DNA of 63,718 nucleotides, filler included, from Octopus bimaculoides (Eukaryota), in the NCBI RefSeq assembly GCF_001194135.2. It is 8 parts of 8 records of this genome, joined end to end, with 100 filler letters (N's around TTAATTAATTAA, not from the genome) between each part and the next. Parts side by side here need not be neighbours in the genome. Positions count along the whole stretch, not along the records: positions 60,251 to 62,127 come from NW_026424504.1; positions 62,228 to 63,718 come from NW_026307605.1; 6 more parts are not named here. The stretch is one strand, 5' to 3'. Each line of letters begins with the position of its first letter. Positions within the stretch are counted from its first letter, which is position 1. The notes beneath the pieces are model-generated. The model saw nothing but the letters and a program-made list of their open reading frames with translations. It did no database searches and had not been told where the DNA came from. Below are positions 60,151 through 63,718 of the stretch, piece by piece. The translations under genes and the position numbers were made by a program.

Positions 60151-61877
60151 NNNNNNNNNNNNNNNNNNNNNNNNNNNNNNNNNNNNNNNNNNNNTTAATT
60201 AATTAANNNNNNNNNNNNNNNNNNNNNNNNNNNNNNNNNNNNNNNNNNNNAGAAACCGGGAAACCGGGCCCATGAGCCTGGCTAGGTTTTAAAAGGGCGA
60301 CGTTTATCGTTATATGATTGCATGCGTGTAAAGGGTGAAAAACACCCTTCGCTTATGAATGACCACGGGATCGAACCTAGAAAGCTCGTCTCCACGGTAC
60401 AAGTATATTTTTATTATTATTTTTATAATTTGTATATATTCATTTTACTACAAATGCAAAACAACACCACGGAAGAATCGGCGTAAGGTTAAATTATAAA
60501 TCGCGATATGGCGAGAGATTACTGTATGTATGTATGTATGTATGTATGTGCTGTGGAAGTATTTAGACCAAAACGTGGACTGGCTCATTGCTATAAAACA
60601 AAGAACGGTGAGTGATTGGTAGTTCGTGTGGGTAGCAGTTTACTGTGAGCTTTTGATATAGAGCTTTGAGTCTCGTGTAATAATAATANNNNNNNNNNNN
60701 NNNNNNNNNNNNNNNNNNNNNNNNNNNNNNNNNNNNNNNNNNNNNNNNNNNNNNNNNNNNNNNNNNNNNNNNNNNNNNNNNNNNNNNNNNNNNNNNNNNN
60801 NNNNNNNNNNNNNNNNNNNNNNNNNNNNNNNNNNNNNNNNNNNNNNNNNNNNNNNNNNNNNNNNNNNNNNNNNNNNNNNNNNNNNNNNNNNNNNNNNNNN
60901 NNNNNNNNNNNNNNNNNNNNNNNNNNNNNNNNNNNNNNNNNNNNNNNNNNNNNNNNNNNNNNNNNNNNNNNNNNNNNNNNNNNNNNNNNNNNNNNNNNNN
61001 NNNNNNNNNNNNNNNNNNNNNNNNNNNNNNNNNNNNNNNNNNNNNNNNNNNNNNNNNNNNNNNNNNNNNNNNNNNNNNNNNNNNNNNNNNNNNNNNNNNN
61101 NNNNNNNNNNNNNNNNNNNNNNNNNNNNNNNNNNNNNNNNNNNNNNNNNNNNNNNNNNNNNNNNNNNNNNNNNNNNNNNNNNNNNNNNNNNNNNNNNNNN
61201 NNNNNNNNNNNNNNNNNNNNNNNNNNNNNNNNNNNNNNNNNNNNNNNNNNNNNNNNNNNNNNNNNNNNNNNNNNNNNNNNNNNNNNNNNNNNNNNNNNNN
61301 NNNNNNNNNNNNNNNNNNNNNNNCACCACAATTGCCATACACACACTATTCAGACTTCTGACGCCACCACCATCAACACTTTTGACTTCACCACCTTCCG
61401 ACGAGGGGCTAAACATACAGGGAACAAACAAGGACAGACAAAGGGATCAAGTCGATTACATCGCCCCCAGTGCGTAACTGGTACTTATTTAATCGACTCC
61501 GAAAGAATGAAAGGCTAAGTCGACCTCAGCGGAATTTGAACTCAGAACGTAACGGCAGACGAAATACCACTAAGCATTTCGTCCGGCCTGCTAACGTTTC
61601 TGCCAGCTCGCAGTGCGATTCAATAAATTTTTAAAGTTACTTTTATGGATTTTATCAAGAAATTAGGCCCAGCGCTGAAAGTGACGGTGATTCAGAAACG
61701 AATACGTCTGTGTAAACAAAGCGATCGAAGACAGAAAGTTATGGTTGTGTGTGTAGGCATGTGAGTGTAAGTGTATAAAACCAATATCGTTCAACATACA
61801 TACATACTTATATGTATATGTATATATATCTATCTATCTATATATATATATATGTGTGTGTATGCGTGTGTATATAT

Positions 61878-62016
<139 letters not shown>

Positions 62017-63718
62017 CCTGCCGACACTTACTAATGCATGTATTTGCATATCTATGTAATCTATCTATCCATCTATTTATTTATTTATCTATCTATCTAT
62101 CTATCCATCTATCTATCTATCTATCTANNNNNNNNNNNNNNNNNNNNNNNNNNNNNNNNNNNNNNNNNNNNTTAATTAATTAANNNNNNNNNNNNNNNNN
62201 NNNNNNNNNNNNNNNNNNNNNNNNNNNGGGGAATTTGGAAAGTCCAAATTGAGCAAGAGTGGCAGACTTTCTGATATAGTATTTACTAATAATCTAGCAT
62301 GTCAGGCAGCAAACTACCATAAAAAGTAGAAATATAACCCCACTGGGTCACTTAAAGGATCCGGATTTAACGGAAGAAATAAAAACATATTTGCCATCGC
62401 TAAATGCATCACATAGAATGATGATGTGGTTCCTCTTCATGGGCTCCCTTATCAGTAGAGATACAGAGATTTGAGGGTAACTGAAGAATACATCTGAGAA
62501 TTCTTGGCAAGGAAGCCAAAAGAATTGCTGAGCATGAGAGACTTAACAGAGAAAAAAAGGATTCTTGGTATCATTGAAACCATGTAGTGAAGAATCACTT
62601 GTCTCCAACAACACACTTTATGTTGGCAGTATAAGCTCAGTTTTTCTCATCAGCTGCCACAGGAAGAAAGACAGTGCCTTAGGTAGTTATGGATATACTC
62701 GTGTCTCAATTTCCATCAAAAGACCAACATGTTCTCGTCTTTCAGTGAAGTATTAATGATTGTAGAATTGAGACAGCATGAAAGTCAATGCCTATATATT
62801 GAGATCGGATTCATATTTTGCTTTTGGAACAAGGTGAAAGATTTTCCTTGGGCTTCGAACACTGATCAAACAAGAAACATTGAAGAAGACTTTGGAAAAC
62901 AAAGGCATTTCTTCCTCTTTAATTACACATGCATCTCAGTATCCATTAAAACAAACCTATTCCTGGCTTTTGAGTAAGCAACTAATGACTGTATGCAGGG
63001 ATCAACTATTTTGTCTCAATGCTACAAGGTCTCAGTTCATTGCTTTATTAAAGAAGATAAAACGTTTTAAGAGTGTCAACAGCAACCAAAAAATGTTGAT
63101 TAAACAAGGAATATGGAAGAAGAGGGTTGGATAAGAAATACATAAAGACTTCTTCTTTGTTAAATATTGACTTGGAAAAGGCAAAGAAACAGCAACTTCC
63201 AAAGGTGGACAGGAAATCAGGTCAACCTAAGCTCCACAAGATGGATATCCTCAAACAGAAAAATATTGAATGATGAATTTCTAAAGCTCAAATTAAGCAA
63301 GAAAAAATAGACCCTCTAGCTTAATAGTTGCTAATAATCTGGCAGATCACAGAGCCAACTATATCATAAAATCAGCAAGATTGTGAGCCTGCAAGATGTC
63401 ATGAAGCATCCGGATTTAACAAAGGAAATAACAACATTTCTCATGACTAAGCATTCACTGGTAATGACAGTACCTGTGCTACATCTTCATTGACTACCTG
63501 TCAGAGTTTGCACAACAACCTCAACCACTTTAGTGTCCCCTGATGTAATAAATGTAAAGATTATGGGCTGAAGACATCCATAGGCCATAAATACAACTTC
63601 AGAGTAGAGTATCACAAGTTCAATTCCCATTACCTATGCAGCATAAAGAGGATTCCTCATTTCATACAACATTGACCAAAAACAAAGTTGTGAACCTGAA
63701 ACATACCAGCAAGAAATG

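Overview
AT-rich, microsatellite-dense, gapped animal genomic DNA. The SINE/LINE repertoire looks like Octopus/cephalopod (inference). Seven identical 100-bp spacers (44 N + TTAATTAATTAA + 44 N) show the window is eight joined pieces, so long-range adjacency is only as good as the scaffolding. Three host gene systems were reconstructed by hand from splice sites. (1) On +, two tandem paralogous immunoglobulin-superfamily genes: gene A has V exon, C2 exon, linker and a GPI-like hydrophobic tail; gene B has a signal-peptide exon and a V exon and is then cut by a join. (2) On -, a TIS11/ZFP36-family tandem CCCH mRNA-decay factor. (3) On -, a type I membrane protein built from tandem 6-Cys helical modules (8 exons found, 42706-50721). 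The first 836 bp is a foldback plus tandem 348-bp repeat carrying two intact minimal type I hammerhead ribozymes on opposite strands (retrozyme or Penelope pseudo-LTR). The rest is Penelope-like elements, RTE, L1/Tx1, CR1-like and R4/Dong-like LINE fragments, Gypsy-like LTRs, hAT and mariner MITEs, SINEs and simple repeats. All identities quoted are by-eye estimates; no database searches were run.
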